51,701 nt of DNA from a virus. Its lineage: Duplodnaviria; Caudoviricetes. The DNA is taken from positions 1 through 51,701 of IMG/VR virus record IMGVR_UViG_3300037313_000136, one strand, 5' to 3'. A program made the position numbers and the translations under genes. A model generated the notes under the pieces. It was not told the origin of the DNA. It was given only the letters and a program-made list of their open reading frames with translations, and made no database searches. How positions within the stretch are numbered: position 1 is the first letter of the stretch; every line of letters begins with the position of its first letter. Below, in pieces: positions 8,935 through 18,453 of this stretch.

Positions 8935-10687
8935 CGACTGCACTCAAATCTTCGTTGTTTGTGTTGAGAATGCTGTAACACCTGAGAAGCATTCATTTCG
9001 TACAAAGGAAGAATTCAATGCGTGGCTATCAAAAGATTTTATTTTGGTTGGTCATAACATTGTGGCTTTTGATACTCCCGTTCTTAACTCTTTGTGGCAG
9101 TGTAAAATTCCTATACGCTTACTTGTGGATACTTTTGTTCTTAGTATGCTTTACTCTCCTAGTCTCAGCGGAGGCCATTCTTTGGAGTCGTGGGGGCAAA
9201 GGCTAAAGTTTCCTAAATTAGAGCACAAGGACTTCACTCAATACAGCGAAGAAATGAGGAAATATTGTGAGAACGATACAGCAGTTACCAAACGGTTATT
9301 CAGTCGTCTCACACAACGGATGCGTGATGTTGGCTTCACCGAACGGGGGGCCATGCTGGAAACTTATAGCTGGCATATCATACAGAATAAACAGAGACGA
9401 CACGGCTTTCCGTTTGACGTGGAACGGGCCGAAAGATTGTACGTGGAACTACGAGCCAGAGAAGAGGAACTAAAACGTGAAATCTACAAACAATGGCCAC
9501 CGCAGTTTCTACCTGTTGCAGAATTTAAGCAGCATTCTAAGAAAGACGGAAGCCCAACTGCCAATTTTACGCGCCATGAACAACAATATCCTGAGTTACG
9601 GAAACGTAAGGATGGGGGATATACGGCGTATGATTGGGTTGAGTTTAACCTTGGAAGCCCAACTCAGAGAGTACAGAAACTTATTGAAACAGGATGGGAG
9701 CCTACTGCTAGAACAAAAGCAGGCAACCCGAAGGTAGATGAAGACTCACTAAACAAGTTCGCGGAAACGTCCGGCAACGAGGCGGGCAAACTCCTAGCCA
9801 AGTGGGTAGTAATTAACAGCCGAGCCAACATGGTTAATACTTGGCTCAATGCTTACAATGAAAAGACGGGGGCTATACATGGAAATCTCTGGTTGGCTAG
9901 TACCCTTCGGTATCGTCACGACAACCCTAATAGCGCCAATATCCCTGCTGTTCGTCTGGACAAAGAGACTGAGCAAGTTCTTCGGGGTGAGGCCGGTTTT
10001 TGGACGTACGAAACTCGTGATCTTTGGACTTGTGGTGATGCTAGTAAATACAGTCTCGTGGGTATTGATGCTAAGGGCATTCAGCTCCGTGTTTTAGCTC
10101 ACTACCTAAACGACGAAGAATTCACAAGAGCTATTTTAAGTAAAGACCCCCATGAAGCAAACAAACAACGACTCGGCCTCAGTTCTCGTCCACTTGCAAA
10201 GACAATTGTATACGCTACCCTTATGGGAGCGGGAGACGGTAGAATTGCTAGTGAAGCAAATGTGTCGCTACCAGAGGCTCGATCTGCTAAAGCAAAATTC
10301 TTCGACACCGTACCACAATTGCCGATGCTTGTTCGGAGACTTCAGAAGGAAGTTGAAAGAACTGGACGAATTACTCTCTGCGATGGAAGCCGAGTTCTAG
10401 TATCAAGTCCACATATGGTTATTCCTTATCTCCTTCAGGGCGATGAGGCTAAAATTATGAAGCAAGCAATCATTTTTATTGATGAGATTTGCCGAAGAGA
10501 AAAGATTGATACACATTTAGTTGGATGGATACATGATGAATTTCAATTCGTAGTAAAGAACGAAGATGTAGAAAGATTTACAAAATTAGCACTATCCGTC
10601 TTTCCAAGAGCAGGGGCATCATTTGACTACAATGTGCCGATTGAAGGCTCTGCTGCTGTAGGCAAGACATGGAGCCAAACGCATTAA
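8873..10687 (+). CDS. Family A DNA polymerase with 3'-5' exonuclease domain
   Basis: LDTETDG, GHNIVAFD and YCEND exonuclease motifs; motif A DAKGIQLR, motif B AKTIVYATLMGAG, motif C IHDE; AGGAGG RBS with TTG start. Confidence 0.95.
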   Translation: MYLTPTKNHWILDTETDGLRDDCTQIFVVCVENAVTPEKHSFRTKEEFNAWLSKDFILVGHNIVAFDTPVLNSLWQCKIPIRLLVDTFVLSMLYSPSLSGGHSLESWGQRLKFPKLEHKDFTQYSEEMRKYCENDTAVTKRLFSRLTQRMRDVGFTERGAMLETYSWHIIQNKQRRHGFPFDVERAERLYVELRAREEELKREIYKQWPPQFLPVAEFKQHSKKDGSPTANFTRHEQQYPELRKRKDGGYTAYDWVEFNLGSPTQRVQKLIETGWEPTARTKAGNPKVDEDSLNKFAETSGNEAGKLLAKWVVINSRANMVNTWLNAYNEKTGAIHGNLWLASTLRYRHDNPNSANIPAVRLDKETEQVLRGEAGFWTYETRDLWTCGDASKYSLVGIDAKGIQLRVLAHYLNDEEFTRAILSKDPHEANKQRLGLSSRPLAKTIVYATLMGAGDGRIASEANVSLPEARSAKAKFFDTVPQLPMLVRRLQKEVERTGRITLCDGSRVLVSSPHMVIPYLLQGDEAKIMKQAIIFIDEICRREKIDTHLVGWIHDEFQFVVKNEDVERFTKLALSVFPRAGASFDYNVPIEGSAAVGKTWSQTH

Positions 10688-10695
10688 AATAATGC

Positions 10696-10724
10696 TTGAC
10701 AAATGCTAACTAACATGGTATAAT
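10696..10724 (+). promoter_or_regulatory. Consensus sigma70 promoter upstream of SSB
   Basis: TTGACA-aatgctaactaacatgg(17)-TATAAT. Confidence 0.88.
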
Positions 10725-10754
10725 TAAGTATAAAGATTGAAGGAGATTACTGAA

Positions 10755-11321
10755 ATTACTAATAAAGCTGTTGAATTTACTATTCGTGGTTCTGTTGATT
10801 GGTGCAAGCTTCTCGGAGATGCACGTCCTTATACCGGCAATCCCAAGTTTGACAAGGGACCTAGCTGGTCAGTTGAAATCAATCCTGATGATGCTTCTCG
10901 TGGCAAGCTTCTTAAGCACGGCCTAGAAGAGAAGTTCAAGAAGGACAAGCCAACCAAGGCTGATGGTACCCCGACGAAGAACCCTCGTGACTATGATTTC
11001 ATTCGTCTGACTATTCTTGAGAACCGTGCAGATGGTAAGAAGAATGCTCCGCCTGAGGTTCAGGATGGATATGGACGACCTTGGGATCAGAACGTTGAGA
11101 TTGGTAATGGTAGTGTGTGCGACATTCTAGTTCGCTACGTTGACTACGGTACCACCAAAGGTCTGTATTTCAAGAAGATGCGTGTACTGAAGCTTGAAGA
11201 GTTTACAGGTGGTGGTTCAGACTTTGAGCCGCTGAGTGAAGATGATGAGTTCTTTGCACGTCTACCTGATGGCATGGAGCCTCAGATGGAAGAGGATTTG
11301 AACGATGACATTCCTAACTAA
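10755..11321 (+). CDS. Single-stranded DNA-binding protein (gp2.5-like), probable ATT start
   Basis: EIGNGS motif, acidic C-terminus DDIPN, position after the polymerase; AAGGAG lies downstream of TTG 10737 and 9 nt before ATT 10755. Confidence 0.75.
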   Translation: MTNKAVEFTIRGSVDWCKLLGDARPYTGNPKFDKGPSWSVEINPDDASRGKLLKHGLEEKFKKDKPTKADGTPTKNPRDYDFIRLTILENRADGKKNAPPEVQDGYGRPWDQNVEIGNGSVCDILVRYVDYGTTKGLYFKKMRVLKLEEFTGGGSDFEPLSEDDEFFARLPDGMEPQMEEDLNDDIPN

Positions 11322-11493
11322 GCTTGGTCGGGCACTCGGCCTGATTGAGTATACCGATTATTACACGGTTCAGAAGAACCCAAGAACTGGCAAGTATGAA
11401 ATCTATGACGGAGACGGCCATGCTGTTCGCGCGTATACACGACGTAGTGATGCCATCCGTGGTGCAGAGCGATCTGGCCTAACGCTTGTCTGA
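11305..11493 (+). CDS. Hypothetical protein
   Basis: GAGG RBS; coupled to both neighbours. Confidence 0.65.
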   Translation: MTFLTKLGRALGLIEYTDYYTVQKNPRTGKYEIYDGDGHAVRAYTRRSDAIRGAERSGLTLV

Positions 11494-12118
11494 ATTAGAA
11501 CAAAGAAGTCCCGAGTGGTACGCAGTTCGTTGTGGTAAAGTTACCGCCAGTCGTATCGGGGATATTCTAAAGACACTACGCAATGGTTCTTGGGCTGCCT
11601 CTAGGCGTAACTATGCAGCCCAACTTGTTACTGAACGTTTGACGGGTAAGGTAATTGAACACCCGTATACGAATGAGTACATGGAGTGGGGTAAGGAACA
11701 AGAGCCGCTCGCCCGCGATCTTTACCAAGAGCTTCATGGACCTGTCAGTGAGGTTGGCTTCGTTCCACACCCATCCATTCCTGCCTCGGGGGCTTCTCCT
11801 GATGGATTGGTTGGGGACGATGGGTTGCTTGAAATCAAGTGTCTCATTAAGGCCAACCACATTGACATTCTTCTGACCGAGAAGATTGACGATAAACACA
11901 TGTACCAGATGCTTTGGCAAATGGCATGTACAGGTCGTCAATGGTGTGATTTCGTTAGTTATAATCCAGAGTTACCAGAACACATGCGTTTGTTTGTAAA
12001 GCGTGTTCATCGGGACGAAGAAGAGATTAATCGCATTGAGTGGGAAGTAAAGACCTTCTTGGATGAAGTTGACACTACCACCAAGGCGTTAAGTGAAAAG
12101 TTCAGTAGTGTCGAATAA
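11486..12118 (+). CDS. YqaJ / lambda-exonuclease family nuclease
   Basis: QRSPEW, VTAS, MEWGKEQE, GASPDG, LEIKC and YQMLWQM. Confidence 0.92.
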   Translation: MSELEQRSPEWYAVRCGKVTASRIGDILKTLRNGSWAASRRNYAAQLVTERLTGKVIEHPYTNEYMEWGKEQEPLARDLYQELHGPVSEVGFVPHPSIPASGASPDGLVGDDGLLEIKCLIKANHIDILLTEKIDDKHMYQMLWQMACTGRQWCDFVSYNPELPEHMRLFVKRVHRDEEEINRIEWEVKTFLDEVDTTTKALSEKFSSVE

Positions 12119-12506
12119 GAAAATTCGAAACCCTAAGTTCAAATCCCGCTTTGAGGAATGGATTTGGGAAGTCTGTCAGAAGTACAACCACCCAATTGAA
12201 TATGAACCGGTACGACTTTCATACAGACTAGAAAAGACTTATACACCGGATTTCCGCCTAAAGAACGGTATTATCATTGAAGCCAAAGGTCGGTTCGATG
12301 CCGACATGCGGAGGAAGATGCTGGCTGTAAAGCGAGCGCATCCTAAACTGGATATTCGTTTTGTATTCCAGAACGCACAGAACAAGTTGAGCAAGAAGGC
12401 TAAGATGAAATACTGGGAATGGGCGGAACTCCATAATTTCAAATGGGCTGAGGGTACTATTCCTCAAGCTTGGTTTAAGGAAAAAAGACCATCAGCAAAA
12501 TCTTAG
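12093..12506 (+). CDS. T7 endonuclease I-like Holliday junction resolvase
   Basis: KSRFE, YTPDF, IIEAKGRF and DIRFVFQ. Confidence 0.9.
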   Translation: MKSSVVSNKKIRNPKFKSRFEEWIWEVCQKYNHPIEYEPVRLSYRLEKTYTPDFRLKNGIIIEAKGRFDADMRRKMLAVKRAHPKLDIRFVFQNAQNKLSKKAKMKYWEWAELHNFKWAEGTIPQAWFKEKRPSAKS

Positions 12507-13204
12507 TACTAGACATTGAAACAATGGCTGCGCTCCAATGGGGTTGGGGCATGTACAACCAGAACTTCGGTGTCAATCAGATTGAGCAGTTTCCAGAGAT
12601 TATCTGTATAGGGTACCAGTGGTTGGGTGAGGGGCCAGCCGAGTGTCTTACCCAGTGGGATATGACTCAGGAGGAAATGCTTCTGACTACGTTGGACCTA
12701 ATTCAACAGGCTGATGCAGTTGTGGGCAAGAACAGTGACAAGTTTGATCTAAAGTGGATTAGAACAGAACTGCTTAGATATAAGCTTCCGCCTCTTCCAC
12801 CAATTACAAGTATTGATCTAGAGAAGGCAGCTAAGAACTACTTCCGGTTTCACAGTAACAAGCTTGAGTATATTCTTCTTTATCTTGGTATGCAGGGTAA
12901 GTTGGAGCACGAGGGCTTCGGATTGTGGCACAAGGCTTATCATGGACATGAACCAAGTCGTCGCAAGATGATACGGTACTGTATTCGTGATGTAGCACAG
13001 ACCGGCAAGTTGTACAGGAGAATGCGTCCGTTCATTGAGAACCATCCTGCTTTGCGTTCTCTTGGTTCAGAAGCTTGTCCTAAGTGTCAGAGCAAGAATA
13101 CCAAGAAAGATGGTATCCGTAGGACAGCTTGTTTTCATATTCAGGTGCACCAGTGTAATAACTGTGGTGGTTACTTCTCAGGTAAAAGGACTAAAGTGGC
13201 TTAG
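12491..13204 (+). CDS. RNase H-fold / DnaQ-like 3'-5' exonuclease with C-terminal Zn ribbon (probable ATC start)
   Basis: KILVLDIET (ExoI) lies upstream of ATG 12524; GKNSDKFD, YCIRDV and CPKC...CNNC. Confidence 0.85.
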   Translation: MSKILVLDIETMAALQWGWGMYNQNFGVNQIEQFPEIICIGYQWLGEGPAECLTQWDMTQEEMLLTTLDLIQQADAVVGKNSDKFDLKWIRTELLRYKLPPLPPITSIDLEKAAKNYFRFHSNKLEYILLYLGMQGKLEHEGFGLWHKAYHGHEPSRRKMIRYCIRDVAQTGKLYRRMRPFIENHPALRSLGSEACPKCQSKNTKKDGIRRTACFHIQVHQCNNCGGYFSGKRTKVA

Positions 13205-13365
13205 TGGACGCAGAAACTAAAAAGCGTATTGAAGATTTCTTCGAGGGGTTCGAGTTGGTTGAATTCCTACAGTTACCTGTGTCCGAAATCATTGAACGAT
13301 TTGAAGATGAAATTGAAGAGGCTTTAGATGAAATTGAAGAACTCATGCAAGTGCGAGGAAATTAA
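13204..13365 (+). CDS. Small acidic hypothetical protein (53 aa)
   Basis: GTG overlapping the upstream stop; MDAETKKRIEDFFEGFELVEFL... Confidence 0.6.
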   Translation: MDAETKKRIEDFFEGFELVEFLQLPVSEIIERFEDEIEEALDEIEELMQVRGN

Positions 13366-13403
13366 AGATCGAAAAGGACGTAGAGTTAGCGAGGTATTCT
13401 ACT

Positions 13404-13787
13404 ATTTCTGGCTTGGCCGGGACGGTGAACGGGAGCAGCATCCCCTTGGCTAAGGAATTTACTACAGACGATCCCTCTCTTATTGGTACAGGGGCAATTA
13501 AGTACGATGGTGGAAAGCCCTGCTCTTTCAGGGGAGCTATTGAGTATTTTCCTAGGGCAATCACAGCTGTCGCTGAGATTAGCACTTTCGGTGCTCAGAA
13601 GTACGCTTGGAAAGGATGGGAGGGCGTAGATGATGGTATCAATCGGTACTCAGATGCTATGGTCCGCCACATGCTGAAGGAAGCGATGGGTGAAGAAGTT
13701 GATCCTGATAGTGGCCTTCTTCACGCTGCTCATTTAGCTTGGGGTGCTCTAGCTCGACTAGAGCTTATTCTACGTGAACGTAAGTGA
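13404..13787 (+). CDS. dATP/dGTP diphosphohydrolase-domain (DUF5664-like) protein, probable ATT start
   Basis: KYDGGK, FGAQKY, DAMVRH and DSGLLHAAH; GAGGT 8 nt before ATT. Confidence 0.8.
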   Translation: MSGLAGTVNGSSIPLAKEFTTDDPSLIGTGAIKYDGGKPCSFRGAIEYFPRAITAVAEISTFGAQKYAWKGWEGVDDGINRYSDAMVRHMLKEAMGEEVDPDSGLLHAAHLAWGALARLELILRERK

Positions 13788-14079
13788 TTTCGTAAACGGA
13801 CTATTCGAATTCACAGGAGCGTTAATGACACTGTTGAGTGTTAAAGCACTTCTGAGAGACAAAGAAATCAAAGGTATTCATTGGGGACCAATTGTATTCT
13901 TTACTAGTTGGTCCTCATTCAATCTTTGGTTTTATCCTTTCAACAAGCTTTGGTGGAGTTTCTTTGGTGGTGCAACCATCTTTGTTGTAAACTCTATTTG
14001 GCTTTATTTGGTATGGTACTACAGTGGAATTAAAAACAGGACTAGACGATCAGTGGATTTCTCTGCTCAGCGGAGCTAA
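13774..14079 (+). CDS. Small 3-TM membrane protein (SemiSWEET/PQ-loop-like)
   Basis: Three hydrophobic segments with a KEIKGI loop. Confidence 0.6.
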   Translation: MNVSDFVNGLFEFTGALMTLLSVKALLRDKEIKGIHWGPIVFFTSWSSFNLWFYPFNKLWWSFFGGATIFVVNSIWLYLVWYYSGIKNRTRRSVDFSAQRS

Positions 14080-14638
14080 GTTCAATTACAACAAACCAGA
14101 GGAAAGTGATGTTACACTTCACGACATTGCTTCTGCTCTATCAAACGTATGTCGGTTTAGTGGGCACCTTCCGCGCTTTTATAGTGTTGCTCAGCATCTC
14201 GTTAACGCAAGTTATATTGTTACCAGTGAGAATGCGTTCACGGCTCTGATGCACGATACGGCTGAAGCGTTTACTAACGATCTTCCCACTCCACTTAAGT
14301 GGGCGCTTCCTATCTTCAAGGAATTGGAAGTTAAGATCGAAGGTGCAATGGGTCAGAAGTTTGGATTTCAGTACCCATATCCGCCAGAAGTGAAGACTGC
14401 CGATACAATCATGCTTATGCTTGAGAAGTATCATGTCAAGCAGTGTGATGATTACTGGCCGGGATATTCAGATGAGTACCCACGCGAGAGTGTGGAACAG
14501 TATCTTAATCGTGTTGACTTGACTAGCTGGCGTCCAAGTATTGCACGTAATAAGTTTCTAGCACGTTATGAGGAATTGACTAATGCCCGGAATGCGGTCC
14601 TTCTCTCCGAAGCAGCGACGGGAGCAGAGGCGGCGTAA
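14024..14638 (+). CDS. HD-domain deoxynucleotide phosphohydrolase (YfbR/DatZ-like)
   Basis: CRFSGH, YSVAQH, ALMHDTAEA, DLPTPLK and VKTAD. Confidence 0.88.
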   Translation: MELKTGLDDQWISLLSGAKFNYNKPEESDVTLHDIASALSNVCRFSGHLPRFYSVAQHLVNASYIVTSENAFTALMHDTAEAFTNDLPTPLKWALPIFKELEVKIEGAMGQKFGFQYPYPPEVKTADTIMLMLEKYHVKQCDDYWPGYSDEYPRESVEQYLNRVDLTSWRPSIARNKFLARYEELTNARNAVLLSEAATGAEAA

Positions 14639-14738
14639 TCACATCGCTAAGGACTTGAATACACCTAAGTACAGACAGCGTAAAGTTGAGAACAAGAAGA
14701 GGAAGCCACGTATTGAAGAAGCGGAAGACAGCTATTGA
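14583..14738 (+). CDS. Small basic hypothetical protein
   Basis: GAGG RBS and ATG; RRNHIAKDLNTPKYRQR. Confidence 0.55.
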   Translation: MPGMRSFSPKQRREQRRRNHIAKDLNTPKYRQRKVENKKRKPRIEEAEDSY

Positions 14739-14853
14739 TTTGTGTATTGATTGGAACAGAAACAAGGCACGTCTAGCAAAGGACCCGAAGGATCGTGCCC
14801 GTTACGAAGATAACATTAAGAACCTAGAGGCTTTTCGAGATGCCAACCTGTGA
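14713..14853 (+). CDS. Small hypothetical protein
   Basis: GAGGA RBS and TTG; fills the gap. Confidence 0.45.
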   Translation: MKKRKTAIDLCIDWNRNKARLAKDPKDRARYEDNIKNLEAFRDANL

Positions 14854-15214
14854 TGAACCTGTAAGTCTTCCTGCATATAAGCTTTACTACAGTCGAGAAG
14901 ATCGTATTGCTGAACTACACGATCAAAAAGATCGCATTCAGTACGATGGTAATGATGGTCTTCGTATCACTGACGTAACGGACACTGCTGCTGAATTCTG
15001 TGAGAAAATGTGTGACGCACTGGATCGTTATGTTGATAGTGAAGACGATGAAGAACTTGAATACAACAGACGTAATGCCATTGAGTGTTGGGCGCTTGCA
15101 CAGGCATCTCTATCAAAGGTGGCATGGGTAATGCGGTTCGACGGTAATGCCGCTTATCAACGGATGATTAACGCTCTCCACACAGGAGCAGCAGCGGATA
15201 TGAGAGGTTTGTAA
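14840..15214 (+). CDS. Hypothetical helical protein, possibly a diverged MazG-like NTP pyrophosphohydrolase
   Basis: GAGG RBS; all-helical acidic pattern in a nucleotide-metabolism block; catalytic motif not clearly intact. Confidence 0.5.
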   Translation: MPTCDEPVSLPAYKLYYSREDRIAELHDQKDRIQYDGNDGLRITDVTDTAAEFCEKMCDALDRYVDSEDDEELEYNRRNAIECWALAQASLSKVAWVMRFDGNAAYQRMINALHTGAAADMRGL

Positions 15215-15609
15215 TGAGAGTTCTTGTCTGTGGTGGTCGAGACTTCCTTAACAAGAAGTTGATGTATAATACTCTGGACGCTCTTTGCGAAGAATTTAAT
15301 CTCAAGGGTGAACCAGATGAATATGGCAATTGGATGCCACAAGGCATAACAATCATTAATGGTAAAGCTGCGGGTGCGGATACTCTATCGAGCGATTGGG
15401 CTATAATCAATTGGACTCACTTCGAAGAGTATCCAGCTGATTGGGAAACTCATGGTAGAGCCGCTGGTCCTATTAGAAACAAACAGATGTTGGTTGAAAG
15501 TAAACCAGACCTTGTTCTAGCTTTTCCCACAAAGAGAAGCAAAGGAACTTGGAATATGGTTAAGATAGCCAAAGAAGCCGGAGTTCCGGTAAGAGTTATT
15601 GGAGAATAA
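15214..15609 (+). CDS. YspA/DUF2493 SLOG-family protein
   Basis: RVLVCGGRDF, GKAAGAD, AGPIRNKQM and GTWNMV. Confidence 0.88.
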   Translation: MRVLVCGGRDFLNKKLMYNTLDALCEEFNLKGEPDEYGNWMPQGITIINGKAAGADTLSSDWAIINWTHFEEYPADWETHGRAAGPIRNKQMLVESKPDLVLAFPTKRSKGTWNMVKIAKEAGVPVRVIGE

Positions 15610-17527
15610 GATAGACGATTATCAACGATTTATACATGCGTCACGCTATGCTCGGTGGCGTGATGATATAGGACGACGAGAGACGTGGGAAGAAACTGTA
15701 CAGCGTCTCATTGAATATTATCGTAATATTTGTGATGATATTTATCAAACTCCCAAGGGTTATATATCCGGTCAGTTTGAAAGAGAGTTTGCTGAATTAG
15801 AAGCTGCAATAGTTAACATGGAAGTCATGCCCAGTATGCGGGCAATGATGACAGCCGGACCCGCACTAGATAGGTGTAACGTGGGTGCGTACAACTGTGC
15901 GTACTTGCCTGTTGACTCCCCTAGAAGTTTCGACGAAGCCATGTACATCTTGATGTGCGGGACCGGTGTTGGTTTTAGTGTAGAGGAAAAATATGTCAGT
16001 CAACTTCCACGGATTTCCGAATACTTTGATTATACCGATACCACAATTGTCGTTGCAGATAGCAAGGAGGGATGGGCAAAGTCTCTACGGGAACTCATTA
16101 CCCTCCTTATTGCAGGCCAAGTACCCAAGTGGGATACAAGTAACGTACGCCCTGCCGGTTCACGATTGGTCACATTTGGGGGACGTGCTAGCGGACCCGA
16201 ACCGCTTGAACGGCTTTTTGAGTTCTGTGTTTCAGTTTTTAAGCGAGCAGCGGGTCGCAGACTAACTTCTCTTGAATGCCACGACCTGATGTGTATGGTT
16301 GCCGATGTAGTTGTAGTCGGTGGTGTTCGTAGAAGTGCAATGATTTCTCTATCCGATTTGGGTAGTGAAGCAATGGCCACAGCTAAGTCTGGAAGCTGGT
16401 GGGAAGGTCACGTTCACAGACAACTTGCTAACAACAGTGCGGTGTATAATGGTAAACCAGAAATCGGAGAATTCCTCAAAGAGTGGAAAGCCCTCTACGA
16501 CTCCAAATCAGGAGAGCGTGGAATCTTCAATCGAGACGCATCTAAACGCATCGTTGAAAAACTTGGAAAGCGCGATCCGAACTTTGACTTTGGCACTAAC
16601 CCTTGCTCAGAGATCATCCTTCGACCTTTCCAGTTCTGCAACCTTACGGAAGTCGTTGTACGGCCTGAGGATGATTTTGCCAGCCTTGCAAGGAAAGTTC
16701 GCCTCGCTACTATTCTCGGCACAATCCAATCAACCTTCACCGACTTCCGATACCTCAGGAAAATCTGGCAAAAGAACACGGAAGAAGAAAGACTCCTTGG
16801 AGTCAGTCTCACAGGAATAGCAGATAATGAGTGGGTCTTCAACAATAGAACCTATGCAGAACAAGAAGAACTTTTACAAAAACTCAAGAAAGTCGCTAAC
16901 GATACTAATGCGGAGTGGGCAGACCGTTTGGGCATTAATAAATCTGCTGCTATTACTTGTGTCAAACCTAGTGGCACTGTTAGCCAGCTTGTTAATAGTG
17001 CTTCTGGTATTCATCCAAGATGGTCAGCATACTATCTTCGTACGGTACGCAATGATGCCAAAGACCCGATTACTAGATTTCTCATGGAGGCTGGCGTACC
17101 GGCGGAGCCTGACCAGCGCAATCCTTCAGCGGTTGTATTCTCATTTCCCCAAAAGTCGCCTAGTGGGTCGATTGTACGGAGCGACCTTGACGCTCTGAGC
17201 TTTCTAGAAACGTGGAAGTGGTATCAAGAGAACTGGTGCGAGCATAAACCAAGTGTAACTATTTCGGTGAAAGAAGATGAATGGCTTGATGTGGCTTCTT
17301 GGTGCTATAGGAATTTTGATTTGCTTTCGGGTGTGTCTTTTCTTCCTTTTGACCCCACGGAGTATCCTCAGGCACCTTATCAAACACTAACCGAAGAACA
17401 ATATAATGAATGGGTACAGAAGATGCCCAAGTCTATAGATTGGAGCAAATTAGCTGAATACGAACGAGAAGATAACACAACCGGAAGTTTTGAACTCGCT
17501 TGCGTTGCAGGAGTCTGTGAGATTTAG
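15599..17527 (+). CDS. nrdJ: Class II (adenosylcobalamin-dependent) ribonucleotide reductase
   Basis: SRYARW, YNC, VVVGGVRRSA, TNPCSEI, CVKPSGT and C-terminal CVAGVC; no beta-subunit gene present. Confidence 0.92.
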   Translation: MENKIDDYQRFIHASRYARWRDDIGRRETWEETVQRLIEYYRNICDDIYQTPKGYISGQFEREFAELEAAIVNMEVMPSMRAMMTAGPALDRCNVGAYNCAYLPVDSPRSFDEAMYILMCGTGVGFSVEEKYVSQLPRISEYFDYTDTTIVVADSKEGWAKSLRELITLLIAGQVPKWDTSNVRPAGSRLVTFGGRASGPEPLERLFEFCVSVFKRAAGRRLTSLECHDLMCMVADVVVVGGVRRSAMISLSDLGSEAMATAKSGSWWEGHVHRQLANNSAVYNGKPEIGEFLKEWKALYDSKSGERGIFNRDASKRIVEKLGKRDPNFDFGTNPCSEIILRPFQFCNLTEVVVRPEDDFASLARKVRLATILGTIQSTFTDFRYLRKIWQKNTEEERLLGVSLTGIADNEWVFNNRTYAEQEELLQKLKKVANDTNAEWADRLGINKSAAITCVKPSGTVSQLVNSASGIHPRWSAYYLRTVRNDAKDPITRFLMEAGVPAEPDQRNPSAVVFSFPQKSPSGSIVRSDLDALSFLETWKWYQENWCEHKPSVTISVKEDEWLDVASWCYRNFDLLSGVSFLPFDPTEYPQAPYQTLTEEQYNEWVQKMPKSIDWSKLAEYEREDNTTGSFELACVAGVCEI

Positions 17528-17675
17528 GGAGATTGCTACTAACCTCCTGTTTGACTGCAAGCTAATGGATACTGGTGTAATTGTGCGTCAGTGTTATCCA
17601 TTTGATATGAATATCTCTTTTGTTGACTTTGATGAATTCGTGGAAAGGTTTGAGGTTTCCTATGCAGCTAGTTGA
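17490..17675 (+). CDS. Hypothetical protein (start uncertain)
   Basis: ORF fills the gap after RNR. Confidence 0.45.
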   Translation: MNSLALQESVRFREIATNLLFDCKLMDTGVIVRQCYPFDMNISFVDFDEFVERFEVSYAAS

Positions 17676-17874
17676 TGTTCATGGTAATGACCTTACCACA
17701 AAGAAACGTAGGCGTCAGATCAGCCAGATGAAAAAGGAAACCCGTCACGGCGATGTTCTATTTCGCCTGACGGTTGATATGCCTGAGGGAGTGGGTGTAG
17801 ATGAATTCAACCAGTTGATGGTTGAGTACTTTGGTATTGGTTATGAAGCCTTTAAACAGAAAGTGCGACTATGA
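17662..17874 (+). CDS. Hypothetical protein
   Basis: GAGG RBS and ATG 17662; ATGA coupling to the next gene. Confidence 0.65.
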   Translation: MQLVDVHGNDLTTKKRRRQISQMKKETRHGDVLFRLTVDMPEGVGVDEFNQLMVEYFGIGYEAFKQKVRL

Positions 17875-18197
17875 TGGGTCTTCCTAATCCTTACGTTCTT
17901 GCTGGCGGTGGCGTAGCTGTTTTGATGATTGGGGCTTCTATTTATATTCAGAGTACACTAATTCACAAGTGGCATGTTCAGTACGACAATGAAGTAATCG
18001 CCTTCAATCTGGAACACCAGAAAGTAGTGGATATGACTACTGAGCAAAACAACCAGACTGGTAAATCTGAACAGGCAGTTATTAAGGTTGTGCAGGGTCC
18101 ACGTGAAGTGCAATCTATCATCAAAGAAATAGAGGCTGCACCGGCAAAACCGTGTACAGCCCCAGTAGATTCTGACGAGGTGAAGAATGCGTTTTAA
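17871..18197 (+). CDS. Inner-membrane spanin (Rz-like)
   Basis: N-terminal TM, periplasmic helical region, C-terminal Cys; overlaps a lipoprotein gene. Confidence 0.7.
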   Translation: MMGLPNPYVLAGGGVAVLMIGASIYIQSTLIHKWHVQYDNEVIAFNLEHQKVVDMTTEQNNQTGKSEQAVIKVVQGPREVQSIIKEIEAAPAKPCTAPVDSDEVKNAF

Positions 18198-18453
18198 GTG
18201 GTTACTTCTTATCCCTTGCCTAGCAGCTTGCGGAGTAATGCCAAAGCCTGAGCCACGAATTCAGACTGTCCACTGTTTGACACCGGAGCAGTACTTGAAA
18301 CTGGTGCAGGCGGAGCCACAGAAGATTGGTCAACACTTGGACCCGGATTTGCAGAAGCAGAACCGTCAACTGAAGGAACAGAATGTTCTGGTACGTCAGT
18401 ATGCGGATGGTCTGCTACAGGTTCTTGGCGGGTGTACAGCTCCCGCTCCTTAG
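18187..18453 (+). CDS. Outer-membrane spanin lipoprotein (Rz1-like)
   Basis: GAGGTG RBS; MRFKWLLLIPCLAA-C lipobox followed by a Pro-rich segment. Confidence 0.75.
   Translation: MRFKWLLLIPCLAACGVMPKPEPRIQTVHCLTPEQYLKLVQAEPQKIGQHLDPDLQKQNRQLKEQNVLVRQYADGLLQVLGGCTAPAP

Noticed and set aside
13404-14638. 2-aminoadenine (Z) genome
   Set aside because: No PurZ/adenylosuccinate synthetase-like ORF is visible
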